Shown here piece after piece: positions 31,048 to 39,486 of a stretch of 49,800 bases of DNA (within the stretch, counting starts at the first letter, position 1; the number at the start of each line of letters is the position of its first letter). Both the position numbers and the translations under genes were made by a program. Source of the stretch: Candidatus Bipolaricaulota bacterium (GTDB lineage Bacteria; Bipolaricaulota; Bipolaricaulia; UBA7950; UBA9294); assembly GCA_021159105.1 (NCBI GenBank), contig JAGGSM010000064.1:1-49800 (forward strand), written 5' to 3'. The notes below the pieces were generated by a model. It searched no databases. It saw only the letters and a program-made list of their open reading frames with translations, and was not told the origin of the DNA.

Positions 31048-31823
31048 CCCCTGCTCTTGCCTGGTAGTTGTGGCGAGAAAGTGAGGGTCAGCGCATCGAG
31101 CGAACAGGCACTGGTGCATTCACCGCACTTGATGCAGTTGTGATCGTCGTACTCCTCATACGGCTTCAATCCCATTGGGCAGGCGGCGGCGCAGGCATTG
31201 CACCGCGAGCAGCGGTTCGTGTCGAGCTTGAGGTGCAAGAAGCTCACCCGGTTGAACAGCGATAGGATTGCTCCCATCGGGCAGAGATAGCGGCACCAGA
31301 AGCGGGAGATGAGGACCATCCCGATGAGCACAAGGCCCAGTGTGATCATGTGAACAATGAACGGGCGGTTCACGTGGGCCACTCCGAGGAAGAGGTATGG
31401 GATCGATGCCTCGATCGAAGCGGCCGGGCACAGCTTGCAGAACATCGTATCGGCAAACGCCCATGCGGCGACGATCGTCCCGATGAGCACAACGTATTTG
31501 GTGTAAGAGAAGCTTTTAACAATGCGTGTTTTATTGAACGAGAGCAGGTCGTTCAACGTACCGAACGGGCAGAACCAGCCGCAGAACCCTCGCCCGAGGA
31601 CGAGGCCGTAGGCGATGATCGTCCCGATCCAGAAGTATGGGACTGTCCCGTAGATCACCAGGTTTTGCATCAGGCCGATCGGGCAGATCGTCACCGAGAG
31701 CGGGCAGGCGTAGCAGTGAAGCCCGGGGAAGATGATGTGTGTGACCCCGATCCCGGTGAACCCAAACAGCCCGAGGAGGAGTCCGAACCCCTGACTGATC
31801 CGCCGCATCAACGACAACCTCAC
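31014..31823 (-). CDS. NapH/MauN-family membrane polyferredoxin
   Basis: Multi-TM protein with two CX3CP motifs (CGWFCP, CRYLCP) plus CYACP. Two C-terminal [4Fe-4S] motifs are present (CSRCNACAAACP, CIKCGECTSAC). Confidence 0.8.
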   Translation of the reverse strand: MRLSLMRRISQGFGLLLGLFGFTGIGVTHIIFPGLHCYACPLSVTICPIGLMQNLVIYGTVPYFWIGTIIAYGLVLGRGFCGWFCPFGTLNDLLSFNKTRIVKSFSYTKYVVLIGTIVAAWAFADTMFCKLCPAASIEASIPYLFLGVAHVNRPFIVHMITLGLVLIGMVLISRFWCRYLCPMGAILSLFNRVSFLHLKLDTNRCSRCNACAAACPMGLKPYEEYDDHNCIKCGECTSACSLDALTLTFSPQLPGKSRGQFPVRRSIDT

Positions 31824-32824
31824 TTTTCCACCCCCAGTAGATCGAGCAAGCGTTCTTCCAGGTGATCGATGCCGAATATGACATCACCGCTGTCCACGCG
31901 CTGTATCGCCGGAACGATCGTCCTTTGGTTGTGGATGATGCCGTTGGCGGCGGCCATATCCCTGTTCTCATCAACGTTGACGAACCGGTACTTGATGTGA
32001 TCGCTGTGCTGCGCCATCTGCTCCACCATCGCCTCGGCGTACGGGCAAGTGTGGCACCAGGGCGCGTAGTACACGATCAGCTCCAGGTCCACGCTCAGGT
32101 TGTTGAGGGCAGAAAGAGCTCCCTCTGATAGGACCGGCTCTTCGTGCTGTGACTCCTCTATCCCCACGCACGAGGTGCACAGCACGGCTGCGATCCCCTG
32201 TGCCTGTTCGTGCTGACCGAGGATAACCCCGTAGGCGAGTCCACCGACGACAAATAGGAACAGGACAACGTACAGGGGGATGCGCATCCCGGCGGACCGC
32301 CACAGCAGTATCGCAGTGATCAGCAGGATCCCTGCGACCATCGGGATGACCCACGAGGGGAGCGACCTAACGCGCTTCACTGTTGTTGGCCCGACCGATG
32401 CCGCACTCACCAACACCGGAACGCTCACCTCATCGACGATCTGGAAACAGCTCACCTCGATGCAGTAGGTGTAGATCACCTGCAATTTGAGATCGTGCGT
32501 TCCTAGCGCGACATTCGATGAGGCGATGAGATTCAGGTAAAGCGTATCCTTCCCGAACGGAGCGATCACCTTGATATCCCCCTCCGCCGGCTCGATCGTG
32601 AAGCCATCGGCATCGATCAGGCTCACCGCGATGTCGTCCGCCGGGTGGAGCGACTTGTTCTCTATCGACAGCTGAAGCGCTGCTCTCCCACCGGGGGCGA
32701 TCTCCGCCTTCTCCGGTGAAAGGGTGTATGACAGGATCGACTCCTGTCCGATCGCCGAGTAGCCGAAGAGGGCAACAGCAAGTGTCGCCGCGAGGAGCAG
32801 TGCTCTTGTATGCCGATGGATCAT
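31820..32824 (-). CDS. membrane protein: DsbD-alpha-like N-terminal domain, 2 TM segments, thioredoxin-like domain
   Basis: Signal peptide and an Ig-like domain ending QVIYTYCIEVSCFQIVDEVSVPV (DsbD N-terminal-type Cys pair). Two TM helices follow, then CTSC and a thioredoxin motif YAPWCHTCPY. Confidence 0.62.
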   Translation of the reverse strand: MIHRHTRALLLAATLAVALFGYSAIGQESILSYTLSPEKAEIAPGGRAALQLSIENKSLHPADDIAVSLIDADGFTIEPAEGDIKVIAPFGKDTLYLNLIASSNVALGTHDLKLQVIYTYCIEVSCFQIVDEVSVPVLVSAASVGPTTVKRVRSLPSWVIPMVAGILLITAILLWRSAGMRIPLYVVLFLFVVGGLAYGVILGQHEQAQGIAAVLCTSCVGIEESQHEEPVLSEGALSALNNLSVDLELIVYYAPWCHTCPYAEAMVEQMAQHSDHIKYRFVNVDENRDMAAANGIIHNQRTIVPAIQRVDSGDVIFGIDHLEERLLDLLGVEK

Positions 32825-32833
32825 CGATCTCCC

Positions 32834-33982
32834 CTACTTTCCGCTTATGAGTTTATCTATTGCCGCCTCGAGATCATCTCCGCGCAGGCTCTTTCCGCGG
32901 ATCATCCCGTCGCGGTCGATCAGGTAGCTCATCGGTATCCCGGTGACGCGATACAGCCCTGAGACCTTGTTGTCGGCCCCATCGAACACCTGTGGGTAGG
33001 TGAGGCCGAAGTACGAGACTGCGCCGGTGAATGCCCCTTCGTTGCGATCGAGGTCGATCCCTACCACCACCAATCCGCGATCCGCGTAGTCCTTGTATGC
33101 CTGCTCCACGTTTGGAAGCTCCTCTCGGCAGGGAGCGCACCAGCTCGCCCAGAAGTCGAGAAGGACGACCCTGCCCTTGAGGGAAGAGAGGGAAAGATCG
33201 TTCCCGTCGGCATCTTTGACTGAGAAGTCTGGCGCTGGGTAGCCAACCGCGAGTGGGAGCTTCTCGTCGACCCACTTGTCCGTCTCATCGACCGTGATCG
33301 TGGATCCGTCCGGGCTGACGCTCGTCGCTTCGTATACCGTGCCATGGATATTGAACGGCGCATCGAGCCAGTAGCGCTCGTGCGAATCCTGGCTTGCCAG
33401 GAGTTTTCCATCCTGGTCGATATCGATCAGCAGCTGATCGTGGTCCAGGTCATCGAACAGCCCGTCGCTGTTCTCATCGATGATCGCCATCTTGTAGCTA
33501 ACTCCACCAAGCTCAATCTGCCCCGCCATGTAGCAATCGCGAAAGTAGATGATCGCGGTCGGCGTCGATGGGTTCCACACGAGGAACATGCGGTACTGCC
33601 TCGTCCCGCTGTCTGTCGGGATGGTGAACGTTGCGTAACCGAGGAAGCCCCCGTCGTACAATTGCTGGATCCAATCTATGGGAACGAGCGTCTCGCTCCC
33701 ATCCGTGTCTGCGTACAGTTTGCCACTGCCTCCATCCTGATCGATCACGAGCGCGAAGCCCGCACCGCCGAGCGTCAGTGTGGCGTACATCGGAGTGCCG
33801 GAGTAGTCCGGCTCAGTCAGGCCAGGGATCGCGTCCGATGAGAGCTGCAGTGCTTGTGGGTAGTAGCCCGTCGTCAGATCCAAGATCGAATCTACGTACT
33901 CAAGGCTTCCTGTAGACGCGGCGAGCATTGCAGAAAAAAGAATAACAATCACTGATGTGATAAGCGCAGAACGATGAATCAT
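32834..33982 (-). CDS. TlpA/ResA-like thiol:disulfide oxidoreductase with an N-terminal extracytoplasmic domain
   Basis: C-terminal domain has LLDFWASWCAPCREELP (CxxC thioredoxin fold, TlpA type). The N-terminal part has Asp-rich Ca-binding-like loops (DENSDGLFDDLDHD, DIDQDGK). Confidence 0.8.
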   Translation of the reverse strand: MIHRSALITSVIVILFSAMLAASTGSLEYVDSILDLTTGYYPQALQLSSDAIPGLTEPDYSGTPMYATLTLGGAGFALVIDQDGGSGKLYADTDGSETLVPIDWIQQLYDGGFLGYATFTIPTDSGTRQYRMFLVWNPSTPTAIIYFRDCYMAGQIELGGVSYKMAIIDENSDGLFDDLDHDQLLIDIDQDGKLLASQDSHERYWLDAPFNIHGTVYEATSVSPDGSTITVDETDKWVDEKLPLAVGYPAPDFSVKDADGNDLSLSSLKGRVVLLDFWASWCAPCREELPNVEQAYKDYADRGLVVVGIDLDRNEGAFTGAVSYFGLTYPQVFDGADNKVSGLYRVTGIPMSYLIDRDGMIRGKSLRGDDLEAAIDKLISGK

Positions 33983-35262
33983 CTAGTACCCCCTAAGAGT
34001 TTACGCAACCGAGCAACGACAATTCTCTTACCTATGACTGACAGTATGTCAAACAGTCCGGGCCCGACGGCGCGGCCGGTGACACTAACACGTATCGCGT
34101 GCGCGACGTCCTTCAACTTGGCCCCCTGCGCGGCGAGAACATCGTGCAGCAACCTCTCCACGTCATCGCGGGAGAAGGACGGGGTCTGAGATAGGGCATC
34201 GCTAATCGAAGCGATGATCTCCGCCTGGCGATCGTCGAGCGAGATTTCAGCATCCATCTCGATCTCCACCGGGAACAGAGCGAGCATCATGTCAGCCAGA
34301 TCGACGAGCGTGTGGCAGCGGTGGCGCAGAAGCTCAGCGCCGATCGTCAGGCGTTCATCACCTGCAGCGCTCCACATCTCCTCAGTCACCTTCCCCGTCT
34401 CGATGATGAACGGATGCACGAGGTCGACCAAGCGGGATGGATCGGCGAGCTTCATGTGTTGCTGGTTCAGCCAGCGCAGCTTCTCCTCGTCGAAGATCGC
34501 AGCGGAGCTGCCGATACGCTTGAGGCTGAACAGCTTCACCAGCTCATCGCGGGTGAATACCTCCTGGTCCCCGTGCGACCAACCGAGGCGAGCGAAGAAG
34601 TTGACCATCGCCTCCGGGAGGAACCCCCGCCTTCTGTACTCCAACACGGAGGTCACCCCGTGGCGCTTGGACAGGCGCGTGCGATCCGGCCCAAGGATCA
34701 TCGGCAGGTGGGCGAACTTCGGCGGCTTCCTGCCGAGTGCGCGATAGAGCATGATCTGCTTGGGAGTGTTCGTCAGGTGATCGTCCCCGCGGATGACGTG
34801 CGTGATCTCCATGTCGGCATCGTCGACCACGACGACGAAGTTGTAGACGAACGTCCCATCGGAGCGGCGGATGACGAAGTCCTTTATCTGATCGTGATTG
34901 AAGGTGACATCTCCGGCGAGGAGGTCGTGCACCACGGTCTCGCCGGGTGGAACCCTGAACCACCATGCGCCGTCCTGCTCGTACGCGCTTCCACTGTCGA
35001 GGAGGGACTGCGCCGCTTCGAGGTGCGCGTCCGTGCGATCGGTCTGGCGGTAGTACTCGTCCCAATCGAGCCCGAGCCAGGTCATCGCCTCCACGATCTG
35101 ATCGATCGATTCCTGCGTGGAGCGTTCCTGGTCCGTATCCTCGATCCGCAGGACGAACGTACCGCCCTGGTTGCGCGCGTACAGCCAATTAAACAGCGCA
35201 GTGCGCGCACCGCCGACGTGTAGGTACCCGGTTGGGCTGGGGGCAAATCGAACCTTGACCAT
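33979..35262 (-). CDS. gltX: glutamate--tRNA ligase
   Basis: 427 aa with RFAPSPTGYLHVGGARTALFN (HIGH) and RLSKRHG (KMSKS). Stop overlaps the downstream start by 4 nt. Confidence 0.92.
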   Translation of the reverse strand: MVKVRFAPSPTGYLHVGGARTALFNWLYARNQGGTFVLRIEDTDQERSTQESIDQIVEAMTWLGLDWDEYYRQTDRTDAHLEAAQSLLDSGSAYEQDGAWWFRVPPGETVVHDLLAGDVTFNHDQIKDFVIRRSDGTFVYNFVVVVDDADMEITHVIRGDDHLTNTPKQIMLYRALGRKPPKFAHLPMILGPDRTRLSKRHGVTSVLEYRRRGFLPEAMVNFFARLGWSHGDQEVFTRDELVKLFSLKRIGSSAAIFDEEKLRWLNQQHMKLADPSRLVDLVHPFIIETGKVTEEMWSAAGDERLTIGAELLRHRCHTLVDLADMMLALFPVEIEMDAEISLDDRQAEIIASISDALSQTPSFSRDDVERLLHDVLAAQGAKLKDVAHAIRVSVTGRAVGPGLFDILSVIGKRIVVARLRKLLGGTR

Positions 35263-35371
35263 CGCTACTCCCTTTGCATCTGTAATTGAACCAGGAGTTT
35301 ACTACATCACGGGAGCCGTTTTCTAGCGCAGTCTGCAGCAGGGATGGTTTAACTCACTCAATCCCTCAATC

Positions 35372-37732
35372 CTACAGTTCCTCGTGAGCAGTGCGGGCAA
35401 TGATCTCGTCCTGCAGGCCCGGGCCGAGGTTGTTGAAGTAGTCGCTGTACCCAGCGACGCGTACGATCAGATCTCGATGCTCCTCCGGGTGAAGCTTGGC
35501 CTCGCGCAGCGTGTCAGCACCGACGACGTTGAACTGGATGTGGTGGCCATCGTAGCGGAAGTAGGTGCGAACGAGTGCCGCCAGCTTGTCGATCCCGGAG
35601 TCACCGGCGAGGACAGAGGGGAGAAACTTCTGGTTTAACAGCGTCCCGCCGGTACGGACGTGATCGATCTTCCCCATCGAGCGTACCACCGCGGTTGGGC
35701 CGTGCGTGTCCGCCCCTTGGCTTGGCGAGATCCCATCGGAGAGGGGCCTTCCCGCGATGCGCCCGTTCGCCGTCGCTCCTACCATCCTGCCGAAGTAGAT
35801 GTGGACCGTTGTCGGCAGGAGGTTCACCCGGTAGGAGCCGCCGTTTGTGTTCGGTCTACCGTCGATCGCTTCGAAGTAGGCGTCGAAAAGTTTGCGCGCA
35901 ATGTCGTCAGCGCGATCGTCGTCGTTTCCGAAGGCTGGCGATGCGGCGAGGCGCTTGCGCAGTCCCTCTTCGCCCTCGAAGTTGCTGTCGAGGACGCGTA
36001 CCAGATCGGGAAGCAAGATCCTTCCTTCATCAAAGACGTGGTATTTGATCGCTGACAGGGCGTCTGTCGTCGTCCCCAACCCGACCCCTTGAATGTAGGT
36101 CGTGGGATAGCGCGGTCCTCCGTCGTTGTAATCGCGTCCGCGCGCGATGCAATCATCGACGAGGAGCGATAGGAAGGGAGCGGGCATTTCCCCAGCGTAC
36201 AGCCGCTCTATGGTGTTGTTCCCGGCTATCTTCAGATCGACGAAGTACTGAAGCTGCCTGCGGTAGGCGGAGAACAGCTCATCGAAATCCTTAAACGTGC
36301 TTATGTCTCCGGTCTTGATCCCCACCATCTCTCCGGTGCGCGGATCGATCCCGTTGTGCAGCGTGATCTCCAGGATCTTCGGCCAGTTCATGTACCCGGT
36401 GAGGACGCAGCTCTCCTTGCCGAACGCGCTGATCGTCACGCACCCGCTCGGCCCGCCGTTTCGTGCGTCCTCGATGCTCTTTCCCGCGCGCAGGAATTCC
36501 TGCACGATGGCGTCGGTGTTGAAGATCGAGGGCTGACCGAAGCCCTTGCGTACGACGCGTAACGCTGATTTGAGGAAGCGGTTAGGGTTCTTCTTGCTCA
36601 GTTGGATGCAGGAGCCGCTGAACGGGAGGCGCATCTCGCTGATCACATCTAGTATAAGGTAGGAGACATCGTTCACCGCATCCTCGCCGTTTTCGGTCAG
36701 TCCACCGGCGTTCACGAGGACGAAGTCGTTGTACGTGGCGCTCTGCTCGACGGTAATCCCGACCTTAGGTGGGGCCGGCTGGTTGGAGAACTTAATCCAC
36801 AGGCACTCGAGCAGCTCCTTTGCCTGTTCGCGGGTGAGCGTCCCAGCAGCGATCTCGCGCTCGTAGAATGGATTTAGATGCTGATCGAGCCGCCCTGGGT
36901 TGAACGAATCCCAACTGTTCAGCTCGATCACCACCCCCAGGTGGACGAACCAGTACATCTGGATCGCCTCCCAGAAGCTGCGTGGAGCGTGCGCAGGTAC
37001 CCACAGGCATACTTCCGCTATCCTTTCCAGCTCCTCGCGCCGGTGGGGATCCTGTTCCCTTGTTGCCATCTCTCGGGCGAGATCGGCGTACCTGCGAGCG
37101 AGGTTGATCATCGCCTCGGCCGCGATCTTCATGGCGCGCAGCTCTTCGTCCTTGTCATAGGCGCGCGGATCGCTCTTCCAGTCTATTTGTGCGCGCACAC
37201 GCTTGATCTTATCGATGAAATCGAGCAGGCCGTGGTGATAGATCTTGTCGTCGAGTACGGCATGGCCAGGGGAGCGCTGTTCCATGAACTCGGTGAACAC
37301 CCCGGCATCGAACGCTTTGTGCCACTGCGGGCTCATTGCGGCAAACACCTTCTCTCGCATCGATCGCCCCTGCCAGAAAGGGATCACCTCTTCGGTCAAC
37401 GTTGTGAACGCGTCCTCGCTCACGGCAAACGGGGTGCGAGTGCGGGTGTCAAGCAAACGCAGATCTTCTGCGGAGTGGCTGCATAGTTCAGGGTAGGTCG
37501 GGGTCGCCTTGGGCGCTGGTCCGCGCTCCCCGACGATCAGCTCACCATCCCCGATGGAGATCGACTTGTTCGCCAGCAGGTATGAGAAGGCGAGCGCTCT
37601 TGTCACGGGAACAGAATGTCCCAATGCATCGGAACTGGAATAGAACTGGGTGATAAGGCTCGCCCGCTCGGCGCTCACCCGCGGGACGGCATCCCGACTC
37701 TCCTGCAACAACTGCTCGATACGCTCGTTCAT
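35372..37732 (-). CDS. glycyl-radical enzyme, PFL2/glycerol-dehydratase-like clade, unknown substrate
   Basis: 786 aa with C-terminal glycyl-radical motif VRVAGYSDYF. The Cys loop reads GGPSGCVTISAFG (Cys431; Thr433 where the dehydratase/lyase members have Glu). Confidence 0.9.
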   Translation of the reverse strand: MNERIEQLLQESRDAVPRVSAERASLITQFYSSSDALGHSVPVTRALAFSYLLANKSISIGDGELIVGERGPAPKATPTYPELCSHSAEDLRLLDTRTRTPFAVSEDAFTTLTEEVIPFWQGRSMREKVFAAMSPQWHKAFDAGVFTEFMEQRSPGHAVLDDKIYHHGLLDFIDKIKRVRAQIDWKSDPRAYDKDEELRAMKIAAEAMINLARRYADLAREMATREQDPHRREELERIAEVCLWVPAHAPRSFWEAIQMYWFVHLGVVIELNSWDSFNPGRLDQHLNPFYEREIAAGTLTREQAKELLECLWIKFSNQPAPPKVGITVEQSATYNDFVLVNAGGLTENGEDAVNDVSYLILDVISEMRLPFSGSCIQLSKKNPNRFLKSALRVVRKGFGQPSIFNTDAIVQEFLRAGKSIEDARNGGPSGCVTISAFGKESCVLTGYMNWPKILEITLHNGIDPRTGEMVGIKTGDISTFKDFDELFSAYRRQLQYFVDLKIAGNNTIERLYAGEMPAPFLSLLVDDCIARGRDYNDGGPRYPTTYIQGVGLGTTTDALSAIKYHVFDEGRILLPDLVRVLDSNFEGEEGLRKRLAASPAFGNDDDRADDIARKLFDAYFEAIDGRPNTNGGSYRVNLLPTTVHIYFGRMVGATANGRIAGRPLSDGISPSQGADTHGPTAVVRSMGKIDHVRTGGTLLNQKFLPSVLAGDSGIDKLAALVRTYFRYDGHHIQFNVVGADTLREAKLHPEEHRDLIVRVAGYSDYFNNLGPGLQDEIIARTAHEEL

Positions 37733-37735
37733 GCT

Positions 37736-38647
37736 CTAACCCCCTATTCGTACCGGGAGATCGATTCTCTCAGCGATGTAAGAAGCGGCTTCCTCTCCGG
37801 ACGGTTCTTCCGTCCGCGAAAAGTTGTACTCCCGCCCCAAGCGTGCGTATTTGCCCGCGCCGGCGCGATGATACGGCAGGACATTCACCCTTTCCACCGA
37901 CTTCAGGGATGTCACCAGAGCTATCAGATCCATGAGCGATCGCTCAACATCGTTCACCCCCGGTACGAGCGGGTACCTGATCCATATTCGCTTGCCCATC
38001 TCATCGATGCTGCGCAGATTGCGCAGGATGCTCCGGTTGGACACCCCTGTGTAGGCGATGTGAGCTGCGTCATCCAGCGTCTTGATATCGTACAGAAATA
38101 GATCGATCACATCAGCTACCTTCATCAGCTCCGCCTCGGGGGCAAACCCGCTCGTATCGAGCGCGGTGTGGATGTCCAACTCTACGCACCGGGCAGCTAC
38201 CGCGCGCACGAAGTCCGCCTGCATCAGCGGCTCCCCTCCGGAGAACGTCACTCCTCCGCCCGATTCCTCATAAAAGAGCGTATCCTTTACTATTTCTGAA
38301 ACGACCTGTTCGACGTTCATCTGTCGCCCGGTAAGCTCACGCGCGCCGTTTGGGCACACGGGGACACAATCGCCGCACCCGATGCAGAGGGATTGATCGA
38401 GCTGCAAGCGATCATCTACGATATCGAGTGCGCCCTGCTTGCAGGCAGACACGCATGCTCCGCACAGGGTGCAGCGCTCCTCGTAGTAGAGGATCTCCGG
38501 CCGCGCGCGCTGGCTCTCTGGATTGTGGCACCATTCACAGGAGAGGGGACAACCTTTTAGAAAGACTGTCGTGCGTATCCCCGGGCCGTCGTGGATCGCG
38601 TAGCGCTTTATGTCGAGGATTGTCCCCGTTCTCTCTTGTAGGCTCAC
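37736..38647 (-). CDS. glycyl-radical enzyme activating protein (radical SAM with two auxiliary ferredoxin-like clusters)
   Basis: CPLSCEWCHNP (CX3CX2C) plus CTLCGACVSAC and CIGCGDCVPVCP. Confidence 0.9.
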   Translation of the reverse strand: MSLQERTGTILDIKRYAIHDGPGIRTTVFLKGCPLSCEWCHNPESQRARPEILYYEERCTLCGACVSACKQGALDIVDDRLQLDQSLCIGCGDCVPVCPNGARELTGRQMNVEQVVSEIVKDTLFYEESGGGVTFSGGEPLMQADFVRAVAARCVELDIHTALDTSGFAPEAELMKVADVIDLFLYDIKTLDDAAHIAYTGVSNRSILRNLRSIDEMGKRIWIRYPLVPGVNDVERSLMDLIALVTSLKSVERVNVLPYHRAGAGKYARLGREYNFSRTEEPSGEEAASYIAERIDLPVRIGG

Positions 38648-38650
38648 TTT

Positions 38651-39100
38651 CTATTCGGTCGAGGCCTGTAGAGTTGCGCTCCAGCTAAATGTGTAGGCAG
38701 CACCGTCGTTGGTCTGCGTCCCCGTACCACTGAGCACATCGCCGTCACGCTTCCCTTCTAGGTCTATCTGCACATTAGCGTGCGGAGTGACGACGTCCAT
38801 CACACCGGAAGCATGGATGGTGAACTCTCCGTTTCCCGCGGTTCCATCGGTAATCGAAATCGAGAACGGCTTCGATCCCGGCCCCATCAGACCGATTTCG
38901 CCGGTGATCTCTGTCTTCTTCTCCTCCTGTACAAGCGTGAGGGTGATTGGCGAGGTGAAGGAAGTGGCCGGGCCGCTCGTCCAGGTGATGAACCCACTCC
39001 ACGTTCCAGCGACATAGATGATGCCAGGGCCGAAACAACCGCTCAAGCCGAGAATGCTAGTCAGCATTACAGCTACAGCAATCCATCCTCTCTTCTTCAT
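38651..39100 (-). CDS. hypothetical lipoprotein, first gene of the glycyl-radical enzyme operon
   Basis: GGAGGG RBS and ATG 39098-39100. MKKRGWIAVAVMLTSILGLSGC lipobox. The stop lies 3 nt from the activase start. Confidence 0.62.
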   Translation of the reverse strand: MKKRGWIAVAVMLTSILGLSGCFGPGIIYVAGTWSGFITWTSGPATSFTSPITLTLVQEEKKTEITGEIGLMGPGSKPFSISITDGTAGNGEFTIHASGVMDVVTPHANVQIDLEGKRDGDVLSGTGTQTNDGAAYTFSWSATLQASTE

Positions 39101-39123
39101 GATTGATCCCTCCATAAAGGATG

Positions 39124-39152
39124 ATTCTATCAGCTTGTCGCCCCTTTTGAAA
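39124..39152 (-). promoter_or_regulatory. candidate promoter of the lipoprotein / activase / glycyl-radical enzyme operon
   Basis: Minus strand: TTTCAA (39147-39152), 17 nt, then TGaTAGAAT (TAGAAT 39124-39129), about 25 nt upstream of the RBS. Confidence 0.4.
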
Positions 39153-39315
39153 CCGGCGTCGGCGTACGCTCACTCGGCTCTCCCATCTTTTTCTCGTTTG
39201 CTGGGGCTGATGGAACCAACGCTGCGGCCTGTCGCACGTGTGCTGCCATCATCCTTCTTCTGCGGTTGGCTTTCTCGCATGAGAAGGGGACTACAGAGCG
39301 CGAGTGTGTGTCAGC

Positions 39316-39344
39316 GTCTAAAAACATCCGTTTCAAGGTATATT
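39316..39344 (+). promoter_or_regulatory. shared promoter-like motif, copy 1 (GTCTAAA-N16-TATATT)
   Basis: GTCTAAAAACATCCGTTTCAAGGTATATTATAGGTG. Near-identical to 40318-40346 and similar to 47216-47244 on the minus strand. Confidence 0.5.
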
Positions 39345-39486
39345 ATAGGTGTAGATCATTGACAAGTGAACCGAGAGGAAGATGGAAAGGAACCGAAGAC
39401 GGGGAACATCTGGGCCCCTCTTCAGATGACTATGAACAATACTTCAGCGGGCGGTCCGCTGAATGTAAGAAAATTCCTCATGAGAA

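Noticed and set aside
34312-35223. 303-aa plus-strand ORF, together with the 34544-35188 minus-strand alternate frame
   Set aside because: Both overlap gltX. Only the gltX frame has the HIGH and KMSKS motifs.
39359-39364. A perfect TTGACA downstream of the TATATT box in leaders 1 and 2 (also 40361-40366), as an alternative -35 element
   Set aside because: No acceptable -10 hexamer lies 16-18 nt downstream in either copy (ATGGAA and AGGAAG).
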